From: Spirochaetota bacterium
GTDB lineage: Bacteria; Spirochaetota; UBA4802; UBA5368
Assembly: GCA_004297825.1 (NCBI GenBank)
Contig: SCSX01000068.1
Location: forward strand, 28,651-92,650
DNA length: 64,000 nucleotides
Direction of reading: 5' to 3'
Both the position numbers and the translations under genes were made by a program. How positions within the stretch are numbered: position 1 is the stretch's first letter; each line of letters starts with the position of its first letter. This document shows, piece after piece, positions 34,632 to 44,012 of the stretch. Under the pieces are notes generated by a model. That model was not told where the DNA came from, ran no database searches, and saw only the letters and a program-made list of their open reading frames with translations.

Positions 34632-35690
34632 TCACAGCTCCAGGCCCTCGATGCGCGCGTCCTCCAGCGCCGCCGGCCGCCAGGCGGGGGCGTCGTCGCG
34701 ATCGATGATGCGCGCCCGCACCCCCTCCCGGTAATCCGGGTGGCCTATGATGAAGCGCGCGGCCTCGAGCTCGGAGGCGAACACCCGGGCGAGCGGCCTC
34801 CCCGCGTTATGCGCGAGCAGCGTCCTCGTGAGCGCGAGCGCCGTGGGAGAGCGCTCCGCCAGGCGCCGGAACACGGCCTCGCAGAGCCCGCGTTGCGCGG
34901 CGCAGGTACGCAGCCCCGCAATCATCTCGAGCAGTGACCCCTTTTCGTGAAAGTATGCGCGCACCCAGTCGTCCATCTCCGGATCCGCGGCGATTTCGGG
35001 GGTCCGATACTCCTCCAGGGCCCGGGCGATATGCCGCGCGGCGGAGGCGCGCCCCTCGTCTCCCGCTCGATCCGCCTCCGCGATGGTCTCCACGATCCCG
35101 GGCACGCGCTTCGAATCGACGAGGAGGTGCGCCATGCCCAGGCGCACGCACTGGGCGCCGTGAAGCTCGTAGCCGGTGAGGCCCAGGAATTCGGGATACC
35201 CCGGGGGGCATTTCTCGTGGAGCCAGCCGGTGGCCCCCACGTCCGGGAAGAACCCGATCCGGGTCTCGGGCATGGCCATGAGGGTGCGCTCCGTCGCGAT
35301 GACGATATCCGCGCCCGCGGCGAGTCCCAGCCCGCCCCCCATCGTGATCCCGTCCGCGATCACGACGACCGGCTTGTCGTACTCGTGGATCATGAGGTCG
35401 AGCGCGTACTCCGCGCGGAAGAATTCCAGCGCTTCGTCCGGCCTTCCCGCGCCGATCGCGGCGTAGAGCTCCTTGATATCGCCCCCCGCGCAGAATCCTT
35501 TTTCCCCGCGCCCCGACAGCACGACCATACGCACGGAGTCGTCGGCGCGCGCGTCCTCCAGGGCGGCTGTAAGCGAGAGTATCATTTTGTAAGTGAGACT
35601 GTTGATCGCGCGCGGGCGGTTGAGGACGATTGACATCGCCCGCCCCGTGCGGCTTATTTGTACCGGATCTGTTTCATGCTTTTTGTTCAT
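34632..35690 (-). CDS. Enoyl-CoA hydratase/isomerase family 2 protein (3-hydroxyisobutyryl-CoA hydrolase-like)
   Basis: The ORF 34632-35894 is trimmed to MNKKHETDPVQISRTGRAMSIVLNRPRAINSL (ATG at 35690). It has GRGEKGFCAGGDIK and ADGITMGGGLGLA. At about 352 aa, its length is typical of the ECH_2/HIBCH type. Confidence 0.8.
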   Translation of the reverse strand: MNKKHETDPVQISRTGRAMSIVLNRPRAINSLTYKMILSLTAALEDARADDSVRMVVLSGRGEKGFCAGGDIKELYAAIGAGRPDEALEFFRAEYALDLMIHEYDKPVVVIADGITMGGGLGLAAGADIVIATERTLMAMPETRIGFFPDVGATGWLHEKCPPGYPEFLGLTGYELHGAQCVRLGMAHLLVDSKRVPGIVETIAEADRAGDEGRASAARHIARALEEYRTPEIAADPEMDDWVRAYFHEKGSLLEMIAGLRTCAAQRGLCEAVFRRLAERSPTALALTRTLLAHNAGRPLARVFASELEAARFIIGHPDYREGVRARIIDRDDAPAWRPAALEDARIEGLEL

Positions 35691-35814
35691 GACCGCCGCC
35701 TTGTGATGCGCAACGTCCCGGGTGAAAAAGTAAGCATTTTCCGCGACCGGGGCAAGCCGCATAACGCGTATTTCCGTTGACATCGCTCCGGCGGTCTGAA
35801 TCATTAATTTCATC

Positions 35815-37668
35815 ATGGAAAAAGGAATACGCGTCAGGATCGTTCTCCTCACCGCCGCGCTGGCCGCATCGCTCGCGCTCGTGAGCGCATTCACGTTCGT
35901 GTCGCTCTACCGCGTTTCCCTGGGGGCGCAGAAGGCGCGTCTCCTTGAAACGGCGAAAAGCTGGGCTCGCATAGTCGAATCGTTCGCGGAACAAAAAGCC
36001 CCTGGCGATTACAACGCTCCGAATACGATTACGCTCGATCACCTCATTGAGCACCTGAACCGCGTACAAACAAGCTTCACCGGATTCGGCGAATCGGGCG
36101 AGTTCACCCTGGGGCGCAGATCGGGGGACAATATAGAATATCTCCTGAGCCACCGGCACCTCGATTTCCGGGAGCCCTCGAAGGTGCCCTGGGAGTCGCG
36201 CTACGGCGAGCCCATGCGGCGCGCCCTGTCGCAAAAGAAGGGCGGAACCCTGATCGGCCTGGATTACCGCGGCATGACGGTGCTCGCCGCCTACGAGCCA
36301 GTAAAGGTACACAGCCTCGGCATCGTCGCCAAGATCGATATCGAGGAAGTACGCCGTCCCTTCATTTGGATGGGGGCTCTCTCCGGCGCACTCTCGATCC
36401 TTCTCGTAATCCTGGGCGCGTTCCTGATCCATCGGACGGGCGTCATCTTCACGAAGCGTATCCTGAAAGCCAACCGCGACCTCGCGGCGGAAATCGAAAA
36501 CCACAAAAAAGCACAGGAATCCCTGGCGATCGCGCACACCGACCTTGAAACCGCCAACGAGGAGCTTACCGCCACGAACGAGGAACTTGAGGCGACCAAC
36601 GAGGAGTACATGCGCACCCAGGAGGAGCTGGAACACAATTACCGGAATTTACAGGAAAGCGAGGAGCGCTTCCGCCTGCTGGCCACCCTTGCCCCCGTGG
36701 GGATTTACCTCTCCGACCGGAGCGGCCGCTGCCTGTACGTGAACCCCCGCTGGTGCGAAATGACGGGCCTCTCCCAGAACGAGGCGATGGGGGACGGATG
36801 GGTAAACGGACTGCACCCCGATGACCGCGCCTCCGTGCGCCGCGACTGGGAGGCCATGGTCACCACGGGCGGGACGTGGGGGAGCGAGTATCGCTTTCTC
36901 ACCCCTGAGGGAAAGTCCACCTGGGTGTACGGCATCGCGCGCAGGACCGGCACGGGGGAACCGGACAGGCCGGGATTTATCGGCATCAACACGGACATCA
37001 CCGCCCTCAAGGAGGCCGAGGAGCGGCTCCAGGATTCGCTTTCCCAGAAGGAGATCCTTTTAAGGGAGCTCTATCACCGGACGAAGAACAACATGCAGGT
37101 AATCTGCGGCCTCCTGCGCCTGCAGGCGGAGGAATCGAAAAACCCGGTGATCGTTTCAGCGTTAGGCGACACCGAGCGCCGTGTCATGTCGATGGCGCTC
37201 GTGCACCAGAAGCTGTATCAGTCCCACGACCTCTCCCGGATCGGATTCGCCGGCTACATACGCAGCCTCGCGGACTACGTGCGCAACGGGGCGGGCGGCC
37301 CGGTCGGGAATATTTCCCTCCGCTTCGACCTTGTCGACGCGGTGGTCTCGATCGACTGCGCGGTTCCCTGCGGGCTGATCCTGAACGAGCTCCTTTCGAA
37401 TTCCTTCAAGCACGCGTTCCCCGGCGGCGGGAAGGGCGAGATCGCGATCTCGCTTGCGCGTAACGGTGACATGCTCGTCATAGGCTACGCGGACGACGGC
37501 GCGGGCATCCCCGACGGCACCGACATCCGGCAGTCGAACACGCTGGGCGTCCGTCTTATTTTCCAGATCGCCGAACAGCAACTGGGCGGCACCGTCGACT
37601 GGCGCAGCGGCCGCGGGCTTTCCTACACGATCACGTTTCCCGACAACCCGGGACAGTGCAGGGTGTAG
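35815..37668 (+). CDS. Membrane sensor histidine kinase (periplasmic sensor, coiled coil, PAS, HisKA_2, HATPase_c)
   Basis: 617-aa ORF. Two TM segments bracket a region of about 170 aa, followed by a NEEL heptad coiled coil and a PAS domain (FRLLATLAPVGIYLSD...NTDITALKEAE). The H-box is LRELYHRTKNNMQVICGLL and the G-box is ADDGAGIP...LGVRL. Confidence 0.9.
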   Translation: MEKGIRVRIVLLTAALAASLALVSAFTFVSLYRVSLGAQKARLLETAKSWARIVESFAEQKAPGDYNAPNTITLDHLIEHLNRVQTSFTGFGESGEFTLGRRSGDNIEYLLSHRHLDFREPSKVPWESRYGEPMRRALSQKKGGTLIGLDYRGMTVLAAYEPVKVHSLGIVAKIDIEEVRRPFIWMGALSGALSILLVILGAFLIHRTGVIFTKRILKANRDLAAEIENHKKAQESLAIAHTDLETANEELTATNEELEATNEEYMRTQEELEHNYRNLQESEERFRLLATLAPVGIYLSDRSGRCLYVNPRWCEMTGLSQNEAMGDGWVNGLHPDDRASVRRDWEAMVTTGGTWGSEYRFLTPEGKSTWVYGIARRTGTGEPDRPGFIGINTDITALKEAEERLQDSLSQKEILLRELYHRTKNNMQVICGLLRLQAEESKNPVIVSALGDTERRVMSMALVHQKLYQSHDLSRIGFAGYIRSLADYVRNGAGGPVGNISLRFDLVDAVVSIDCAVPCGLILNELLSNSFKHAFPGGGKGEIAISLARNGDMLVIGYADDGAGIPDGTDIRQSNTLGVRLIFQIAEQQLGGTVDWRSGRGLSYTITFPDNPGQCRV

Positions 37669-38010
37669 ATGAAGGTTCTCATCGTGGAAGACGAGGTCGT
37701 GAACGCGCTCCTGTTCGAGCATTACCTGCGCGAACTGGGGCACGAGGTGGCGGGTGTCGTCGCGACCGGCAGGGGCGCAATCGCCGCGGCCGAAAAGACC
37801 TCACCCGACGCCGTGCTCATGGACATAAATCTCATGGACGACGTGGACGGGATAGACGCCGCGGCGGCGATACTGGAGAAGCGCGCCGTGCGGATCATCT
37901 TCGCGACCGGCTACGATAACGCCGCGATCAGGGAGCGGGCCGCGAAGATCAATCCCCACCGGTATCTCGTCAAGCCGCTTACCCGGAAGGACCTGGAGGA
38001 AGCGCTTTGA
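37669..38010 (+). CDS. Single-domain response regulator (CheY-like receiver)
   Basis: 113-aa ORF with MKVLIVEDE...DAVLMDINL...YLVKP. Its start directly abuts the kinase stop (TAGATG). Confidence 0.9.
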   Translation: MKVLIVEDEVVNALLFEHYLRELGHEVAGVVATGRGAIAAAEKTSPDAVLMDINLMDDVDGIDAAAAILEKRAVRIIFATGYDNAAIRERAAKINPHRYLVKPLTRKDLEEAL

Positions 38011-38137
38011 AGCCGGGGCTTCCCGCTTTCGACCGCGCCTGATTTATTCCGCCGCCCGAATGCGGCCGCTGCCGCCGATACCGCTTCACGGCGGAAAGCG
38101 CCTCTCTCCCACCCCCCCGGCGCCCGTCCCTAAAGTC

Positions 38138-38166
38138 TTGACTTCGTCGTTTTCACCGCGTACATT
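38138..38166 (+). promoter_or_regulatory. Candidate sigma70-type promoter for the MCP gene
   Basis: TTGACT (38138-38143), a 17-nt spacer, then TACATT (38161-38166), 65 nt upstream of the ATG at 38231. Confidence 0.45.
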
Positions 38167-38230
38167 AAATGATCGGCCTTGCATGCCTCTCCTTGAAAAA
38201 AGCATGTTCACTCGTACAGGGAGCCCGACC

Positions 38231-39934
38231 ATGAAAAAGCTCAAACTGACGCACACCTTCATTCTGCTCGCGGTAATTTCATTCACGAGCGTGGTGCTCT
38301 TATCCATTGTGGGGTTCGTTGCCTTCACGCGCATGGCCGCGGCCCAGGACGAGCTCTACACGGACCGTTACCTTCCAACCATTGCGATGTTTCGCGCGGA
38401 AGGAAGCTTTCGGGAGATGCGGACGAATTATATTCGTATCGTGGACGGCGATTTCCTCGATAGGTATTACCGTGACATCGACGTCCAGAAGCGCGGGATC
38501 GCGGAGTACCTTGAAGAATTCGAAAGGATCCACGTGGGGATCGACGCGGAGGATCGCGCCCTGCTCGGAGAACTCCGGGCGAAGATAGCGGACTACCAGG
38601 CGCGCTACGATGTCCTCGCGAAGGAGAAGAAGGAGACGGGGAAGGTCACGCGGGAAAGCCGCCTGCGTTCGCTGGGGAGCGCGGACGCCATCATCAAGCT
38701 GTTCGGCGAGCTCGTTGCGCGCAATATGGGAGATGCGAAAGAGCTCGATGATTCCACCGACCGCACCTCGCGCGTTTCCCTGATCATATACCTTGTGCTC
38801 GGCATCTCTTTTACCGCGCTTATCACCGTCATGGTCCTGGTGATGGTACGCACGATTTCGCACACCGCGCAGGCGGTGGTCTCGTACTGCGGCACGGTCG
38901 CCTCGGGCGACCTCACGGCAAAGCTCCCCGACGAGATACTCTCCGCGGGCAACGAGCTCGGCCTCATCTCGCAATGGGTGGGCAAGATGACCGGGGACAT
39001 CCGCACCGTAGTCGTGCGCATCCGCGACGTCGCGGGAGAGATTGCGACCGCCGCCGAGGAGATGGCCGGCGCGGCAAACATGTTCTCGGACGGCGCGCAG
39101 AACCAGTCGGCCACCACCGAGGAGGTGAACGCGACCATCGAGGAGGTATCCGCAGGCATGGAGCACATCGCCGCCAACACCAGGGACGAGTCCCAGAAGC
39201 TGGGCGGCTTCATGGTGGCCCTGGGCCAGCTTTCGCACGGGATCACGGATACGGGCAACAAGCTCAGGGAGGCCGGCGAAACCGCCGTCCAGGTCGCCGC
39301 CAGGGCGAAATCGGGCGAAGAGGCGCTGGGCCAGATGACCGAAAACATGTCGCGCATAACGGCAAGCTCGCAGGAGATGACCTCGATCGTCGACATGATC
39401 AACGACATCTCGGCGCAGATTAACCTGCTCTCGCTCAACGCGGCGATCGAGGCGGCGCGCGCCGGCGAGGCCGGGCGCGGGTTCGCGGTCGTCGCCGACG
39501 AGATTTCCAAGCTCGCCGACAGCACCGCGACGAGCATCAAGGAGATCGACCGCTACATCCGCAGCAACAACGAGGAGATCGGGAAGGGGCAGGAGAACGT
39601 GAATTCCACAAGCGCGCTCATCCGCGGCATTATAGGCGACGTCACGGGAATGGGCGAGGCCCTGCGCGCCCTTTCCTCGTCCATGCAGGAACAGCTCGCC
39701 GTGAACGAGTCGGTGAACAGGGACGCGGGCGAGATGATGAAGCGCACGGGCGAGATTCGCACCGCGACCGACGAGCAGCGGATCGCCGTGGGGGAGATCG
39801 TGAAATCGGTATCCAGCATAAACGAGCTCACGCAGACAAACGCATCCGGCGCCGAGGAGCTTTCCGGAAGCTCGGAATCGCTGGCGGGCATGGCCGAAAA
39901 CCTCAAGCGGGCGATCGATTATTTCCAGGCCTAA
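38231..39934 (+). CDS. Methyl-accepting chemotaxis protein (4-helix-bundle sensor, HAMP, MCP signalling domain)
   Basis: The ORF 38060-39934 is trimmed to [18 protein letters not shown] (ATG at 38231, AGGGAG upstream). The highly conserved hairpin region is [37 protein letters not shown]. Confidence 0.9.
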   Translation: MKKLKLTHTFILLAVISFTSVVLLSIVGFVAFTRMAAAQDELYTDRYLPTIAMFRAEGSFREMRTNYIRIVDGDFLDRYYRDIDVQKRGIAEYLEEFERIHVGIDAEDRALLGELRAKIADYQARYDVLAKEKKETGKVTRESRLRSLGSADAIIKLFGELVARNMGDAKELDDSTDRTSRVSLIIYLVLGISFTALITVMVLVMVRTISHTAQAVVSYCGTVASGDLTAKLPDEILSAGNELGLISQWVGKMTGDIRTVVVRIRDVAGEIATAAEEMAGAANMFSDGAQNQSATTEEVNATIEEVSAGMEHIAANTRDESQKLGGFMVALGQLSHGITDTGNKLREAGETAVQVAARAKSGEEALGQMTENMSRITASSQEMTSIVDMINDISAQINLLSLNAAIEAARAGEAGRGFAVVADEISKLADSTATSIKEIDRYIRSNNEEIGKGQENVNSTSALIRGIIGDVTGMGEALRALSSSMQEQLAVNESVNRDAGEMMKRTGEIRTATDEQRIAVGEIVKSVSSINELTQTNASGAEELSGSSESLAGMAENLKRAIDYFQA

Positions 39935-40015
39935 CCCGGGAATTGCGCGTCCAGTTTCCGGTTGAAGGATCCCGCGGCCGTGGGTATGTTGTATTCCTGT
40001 AACCGGGAGGAACCC

Positions 40016-41110
40016 ATGAACGCCACGCAGATTATCGATGAACGCAGCATGGAGAAGGCCTTCTACGCGCGGGACAGCGGGTACGACGGGCTCTTCTTCA
40101 CCGGGGTGAGAACCACGGGCATCTTCTGCCGTCCCACCTGCACCGCCAGGAAACCCCGGCGGGAGAACATAGAGTTTTTCAGGAGCGCCCGCGAGGCGCT
40201 TAACGGGGGCTACCGTCCCTGTCTGGTCTGCCGCCCCATGGAGGCGCGCGGCGCGACGCCGGACTGGGTGCGGACCATCCTTGACGCGGTGTACGCGGAT
40301 CACGGAACCCGCATGAAGGACGCCGACATCCGCGCGCGCGGCACGGACCCGGCGCGCCTGCGCCGCTGGTTCAGGGCGAACCACGGGATGACCTTCCAGG
40401 CGTACCTGCGCGCCCTGCGGATCGGCAGGGCGTTCGGGAGGATCAAGCGGGGCGGGCGCATCCTGGACACCGCCTACGATTCGGGCTACGAATCGCTCTC
40501 CGGGTTCAACGACGCGTTCAAAAAAGCGTACGACGGCGCGCCCGGGAAACCCGGCTTCGAGGCGGTCATCACCACGACGCGGATCACAACGCCCCTGGGC
40601 CCCATGCTCGCCGGATCGGGCGCCGGGGGAATCTGCCTCCTCGAGTTTGTCGACAGGAGAATGCTCGAAACGCAGGTGGCGCGTCTTTCAAGAAGGTTTC
40701 GCGCGCGGTTCATGCCCGGCGTCACCGCACATCTCGCGCAGCTTCAGAAGGAGATGGACGAGTACTTCGCGGGCGCGCGCACGAATTTCGACGTTCCGCT
40801 CGAAACGGCCGGCACCCCCTTCCAGGAGCTCGTGTGGAACGCCCTGCGCGGGATCCCGTACGCGCAGACCGTTTCCTACGGGGAGCTCGCCCGGCGGATC
40901 GGGCGTCCCCGTGCCATGCGCGCGGTCGCCCGGGCGAACGGCGACAACCGGATCGCGATCATCATCCCCTGCCACAGGGTGATAGGCATGGACGGCACGC
41001 TCACCGGGTACGGGGGAGGCTTGTGGAGAAAGAGGCATCTCATCGATCTCGAGCGCGATCACGGAGGCATGGGGGCCGATACGCTTCCGGTAGTATTCAA
41101 GGCGCGTTGA
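40016..41110 (+). CDS. ada: Bifunctional Ada-like protein: Ada Zn-binding domain, AraC HTH, O6-methylguanine-DNA methyltransferase
   Basis: The ORF is trimmed to MNATQIIDE (ATG at 40016, GGGAGG upstream). FCRPTCTARKPRRENIEFF...CLVCRP is the Ada Zn site, GYESLSGFNDAFKK is the AraC HTH, and the active site is IPCHRV. Confidence 0.85.
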   Translation: MNATQIIDERSMEKAFYARDSGYDGLFFTGVRTTGIFCRPTCTARKPRRENIEFFRSAREALNGGYRPCLVCRPMEARGATPDWVRTILDAVYADHGTRMKDADIRARGTDPARLRRWFRANHGMTFQAYLRALRIGRAFGRIKRGGRILDTAYDSGYESLSGFNDAFKKAYDGAPGKPGFEAVITTTRITTPLGPMLAGSGAGGICLLEFVDRRMLETQVARLSRRFRARFMPGVTAHLAQLQKEMDEYFAGARTNFDVPLETAGTPFQELVWNALRGIPYAQTVSYGELARRIGRPRAMRAVARANGDNRIAIIIPCHRVIGMDGTLTGYGGGLWRKRHLIDLERDHGGMGADTLPVVFKAR

Positions 41111-41233
41111 ACCCGGGGACCCGTGCGCCGCGGAGAACGGTAACCCGACCGCGTCCGCGGCGGATACACGTTATGCGACATTATATGCGGAAAATCCCCG
41201 CACCTTTGCCGTCCAATCGCGGGAAGGGCTCCG

Positions 41234-41776
41234 CTACGGCCTCGCGGCCTTTTCCAGGTCCTTGTTTCCTTCGATGAATTTAAGGTTGAATTTGAACTTG
41301 TCGATCTTCCACGCCGCACCGGATTGCACCAGGTGGAAGTCGTAGCTTCCCACGAAGGCGCGCACGTTCACGTTCGTGGGATTAGGAAGCCAGTGAAGGG
41401 CTATCCCGTAGCAGAAAACGTCCGCCCCGCCGCCCTTGAGCGTCACCCTGTAGTTTCCTGCCTGGTGATGCACGGCCTTGAGGGGCTTGAGCCCCTTGTC
41501 CCACATGTCGGCGATGTCTCCCGGTTTCAGCTTCGCGGGGCTTCCGCCCGCCATCGAGGTCATGTCGAAGAGGACCTCGTCCGCGAAACAGGCCTTCACC
41601 GCGCCCCAGTCGCGGTTGTCAGTGCTCACGAAGAGCGTGTTCACCGTATCGATTATCCTCTCCTTTTCGGCCAGATCGCCCGCGCCCCCGCATGCGAACG
41701 CCGGCATTCCGCACACGACCGCGCACATGACCGCGGCCGCGAGGCTTCCGTGTAAGGCTTTCCCGAACATAATCAA
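41234..41776 (-). CDS. Exported NTF2-fold (SnoaL-like) lipoprotein
   Basis: 180-aa ORF with a signal peptide and lipobox (PAFAC). The pattern IIDTVNTLFVSTDNRDWGAVKACFADEVLFD is typical of SnoaL/NTF2-like proteins. Confidence 0.65.
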   Translation of the reverse strand: MIMFGKALHGSLAAAVMCAVVCGMPAFACGGAGDLAEKERIIDTVNTLFVSTDNRDWGAVKACFADEVLFDMTSMAGGSPAKLKPGDIADMWDKGLKPLKAVHHQAGNYRVTLKGGGADVFCYGIALHWLPNPTNVNVRAFVGSYDFHLVQSGAAWKIDKFKFNLKFIEGNKDLEKAARP

Positions 41777-41858
41777 CCTCCACTATCTTTTTCTCGCACA
41801 TGCGTTGCGCGTCAGACGACGTCGATTGCGTACCTCGCGCGGACGGCGGACGGACGCC

Positions 41859-42593
41859 CTACCCTCCCCACGGGTACAGCACGCCGGCGGTCCAGTAGCC
41901 CTTCTCCTGGCGGAACCTGGCATCGCCCAGATTCCGGCTCGTCCCCGTCTGAAACTGGAGCTTCAGGAAATCGTACCCGGCCCTGATCGTGAGCGCCGGT
42001 TCCAGCATGAACTGGCTGCGGCGGTCCTCCAGGTAGTCGACCTGGTCGCGGTTGTCGAACACGAGGCCCCCCTCGATATTGAAATAGCGCACCCCGACCG
42101 CGCGCACCGAAACGGCGGCGTCCAAATACCGTGACGTGAAGCCGAACGCGGGCTGTACGCCGTAGCGGGCAAACCTCCCCGTGATCCTTCCGGTGCTCCC
42201 GGGATGCGCGTCGAGCGTGGACGGGAAATGGTTTCCAAAGTCCCCGTAACCCATGAGCCCATAGGTCTCGAATACGAAATAATCGCGCACGCGGGTGAAA
42301 TATCCCGCGCCCAGTTCCGCGAATTTTCCGCTGCCCCCGTCCCCGTCCTTGTCGTCCTTTTCCTTGACGTAGGCGCCGTTCAGCATGAGGCCCAGCCCGT
42401 TATCGGCCGCGTACGCGGCCTGTATCTCTCCCCGGTGGTCGCCCGCGTACAGCGCCGCCCGGCCCTCGCCTCGCCGGGTCATTAGGGGAACATTATGGGT
42501 ATTGGGAGCGTAGTATACGGGCGCGCAGCCCCAGAGTGAAAGCGCCAACAGGAAAAGGGGACCGCGTGCCATGATGCGAGGTGTCTGGTTCAT
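41859..42593 (-). CDS. Putative outer-membrane beta-barrel lipoprotein
   Basis: 244-aa ORF with a signal peptide and lipobox LSLWGC. It shows alternating hydrophobic, aromatic-rich beta-strand patterns and a C-terminal aromatic residue context. No family assignment is made. Confidence 0.5.
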   Translation of the reverse strand: MNQTPRIMARGPLFLLALSLWGCAPVYYAPNTHNVPLMTRRGEGRAALYAGDHRGEIQAAYAADNGLGLMLNGAYVKEKDDKDGDGGSGKFAELGAGYFTRVRDYFVFETYGLMGYGDFGNHFPSTLDAHPGSTGRITGRFARYGVQPAFGFTSRYLDAAVSVRAVGVRYFNIEGGLVFDNRDQVDYLEDRRSQFMLEPALTIRAGYDFLKLQFQTGTSRNLGDARFRQEKGYWTAGVLYPWGG

Positions 42594-42701
42594 ATGCGGC
42601 TTTCTCCAACCGTTACCAATATACCTATTTCCCGCCCGCGTGGAATCCCCCGCGGTGAATTTTCGGACGGGCGCAGCAGTATTTGCGGCGCTTTCGCATC
42701 T

Positions 42702-43526
42702 CTACGAACGCCACCGGTACCCGGAGAGCGCAACCAGGACGACGTTCGACCCGTAGAACACCCAGACCATCGCGAACGCATAATCCGAGGCTGGCCCTAT
42801 GCGGATATTGCTGATCTCGCCCACGATCTCGGTGACGTACCAGCCGGTCATGGCGAGCGCCGCGAGAAAGGCGTTGGGGCGCGGATACAGCCGGTAGCGC
42901 ACCGTTTCCCATGCCACCCAGGTATTGAAGCAGAAAAAGGCGGTATAGATGGGCGCGATCACCTGGTGATTGATGCGAACGATGTCCTCCCACATGAGCG
43001 CCATCGCCGCCACCGCGGTCGCGAGTATGACGAGGAGGATCCAGTACTTTTGCAGAAGGGTCTGGGGGCCATGGACCTGTTTCCAGGATTTTCTGAAGTA
43101 AGGGAAGCCCCTGCCGTGACGAACCGCGAGGATCGCGTGGGCGATGATCGAGAGCACCCCGGCCGACATGAAAAGGCTCCCCGAGAAGGTGAGCGTTTTC
43201 GAGACGCCGATAACGCTCATGGTGATATCGATGGGCACCATGCAGAGAAAGGCGGCCACGAGGAGCTTTCGGTCACGCGGGTCCAGGTGGTTTCTTCCAA
43301 TTAAGATCGCGAGAACACAGCACATAAACGACATGAAGGCCTTCATAATCGCGGCGTAGTACACGCCCTCGATCCGGAAGATCAGGATCATCCAGTCGAC
43401 CGCGTACATTGAACCGGCGATGAGCAGAAGCGCGCCAAGGATGGCAAGCACCAGGGTCTTTTTCCCGCCGGAGAGGACCGCACCGGTGACCGGGATCGCA
43501 TAGGATTTTTCGTCCGCCATATTCAC
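42702..43526 (-). CDS. Polytopic membrane protein of unknown function
   Basis: 274-aa ORF with about 8 hydrophobic helices. No recognisable catalytic motif. Confidence 0.6.
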   Translation of the reverse strand: MNMADEKSYAIPVTGAVLSGGKKTLVLAILGALLLIAGSMYAVDWMILIFRIEGVYYAAIMKAFMSFMCCVLAILIGRNHLDPRDRKLLVAAFLCMVPIDITMSVIGVSKTLTFSGSLFMSAGVLSIIAHAILAVRHGRGFPYFRKSWKQVHGPQTLLQKYWILLVILATAVAAMALMWEDIVRINHQVIAPIYTAFFCFNTWVAWETVRYRLYPRPNAFLAALAMTGWYVTEIVGEISNIRIGPASDYAFAMVWVFYGSNVVLVALSGYRWRS

Positions 43527-43541
43527 CTCACTTTAAATTTC

Positions 43542-43820
43542 TTGTCCCAGGTTATCCCCTTTCCCGCCCGAAGTCAATTCCTTTGGCGCCCTTCTCCCGG
43601 CCTCGGTCTCTACCACCTGGGCGCGATCGCCGAGAAGCTACGCACCCTCGTGGAATCCGAGCGCATCGATTACGGTGGGGAGGAGGTGCGCGTCACGATA
43701 ACGTTCGGCGTGACCGGCTACGATCCCGCGCTCAGTGTTGACGCGAACATACGGCGCGCGGACAACGCGCTCTACCGCGGCAAGCGGGGCTCGAAGAACT
43801 GCGTGTGCCTCGAGAAATAG
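43542..43820 (+). pseudogene. C-terminal remnant of a GGDEF diguanylate-cyclase domain
   Basis: From about 43620 the frame reads AIAEKLRTLVESERIDYGGEEVRVTITFGVTGYDPALSVDANIRRADNALYRGKRGSKNCV. This matches the part of a GGDEF domain that follows the GGDEF motif (...vT.S.Gva......lirrAD.ALY.AK..Grn.v). No GGDEF motif or N-terminal half exists upstream, where a divergent membrane gene starts at 43526. Confidence 0.6.
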
Positions 43821-43954
43821 GCGATGGGCGCCGATTCGCTCCCGGGCGCGTCCGGATGCCCGGCGTAGTGTCGCGCCCGCGCGCCGGCCGGCATTGAACT
43901 TCTTGCGCGCCATCCCGGGCCCGTGCGCGCATCGGACCCCTCCCACGTAAATTC

Positions 43955-43982
43955 TTGACAAACCGCTCCCGCCTGCCATAGT
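43955..43982 (+). promoter_or_regulatory. Candidate sigma70-type promoter for the TPR lipoprotein gene
   Basis: TTGACA (43955-43960), a 16-nt spacer, then CATAGT (43977-43982). An AAGGAGG RBS precedes the ATG at 44013. Confidence 0.4.
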
Positions 43983-44012
43983 ACGGAGCGACCCGCAAGG
44001 AGGACACCTGCC

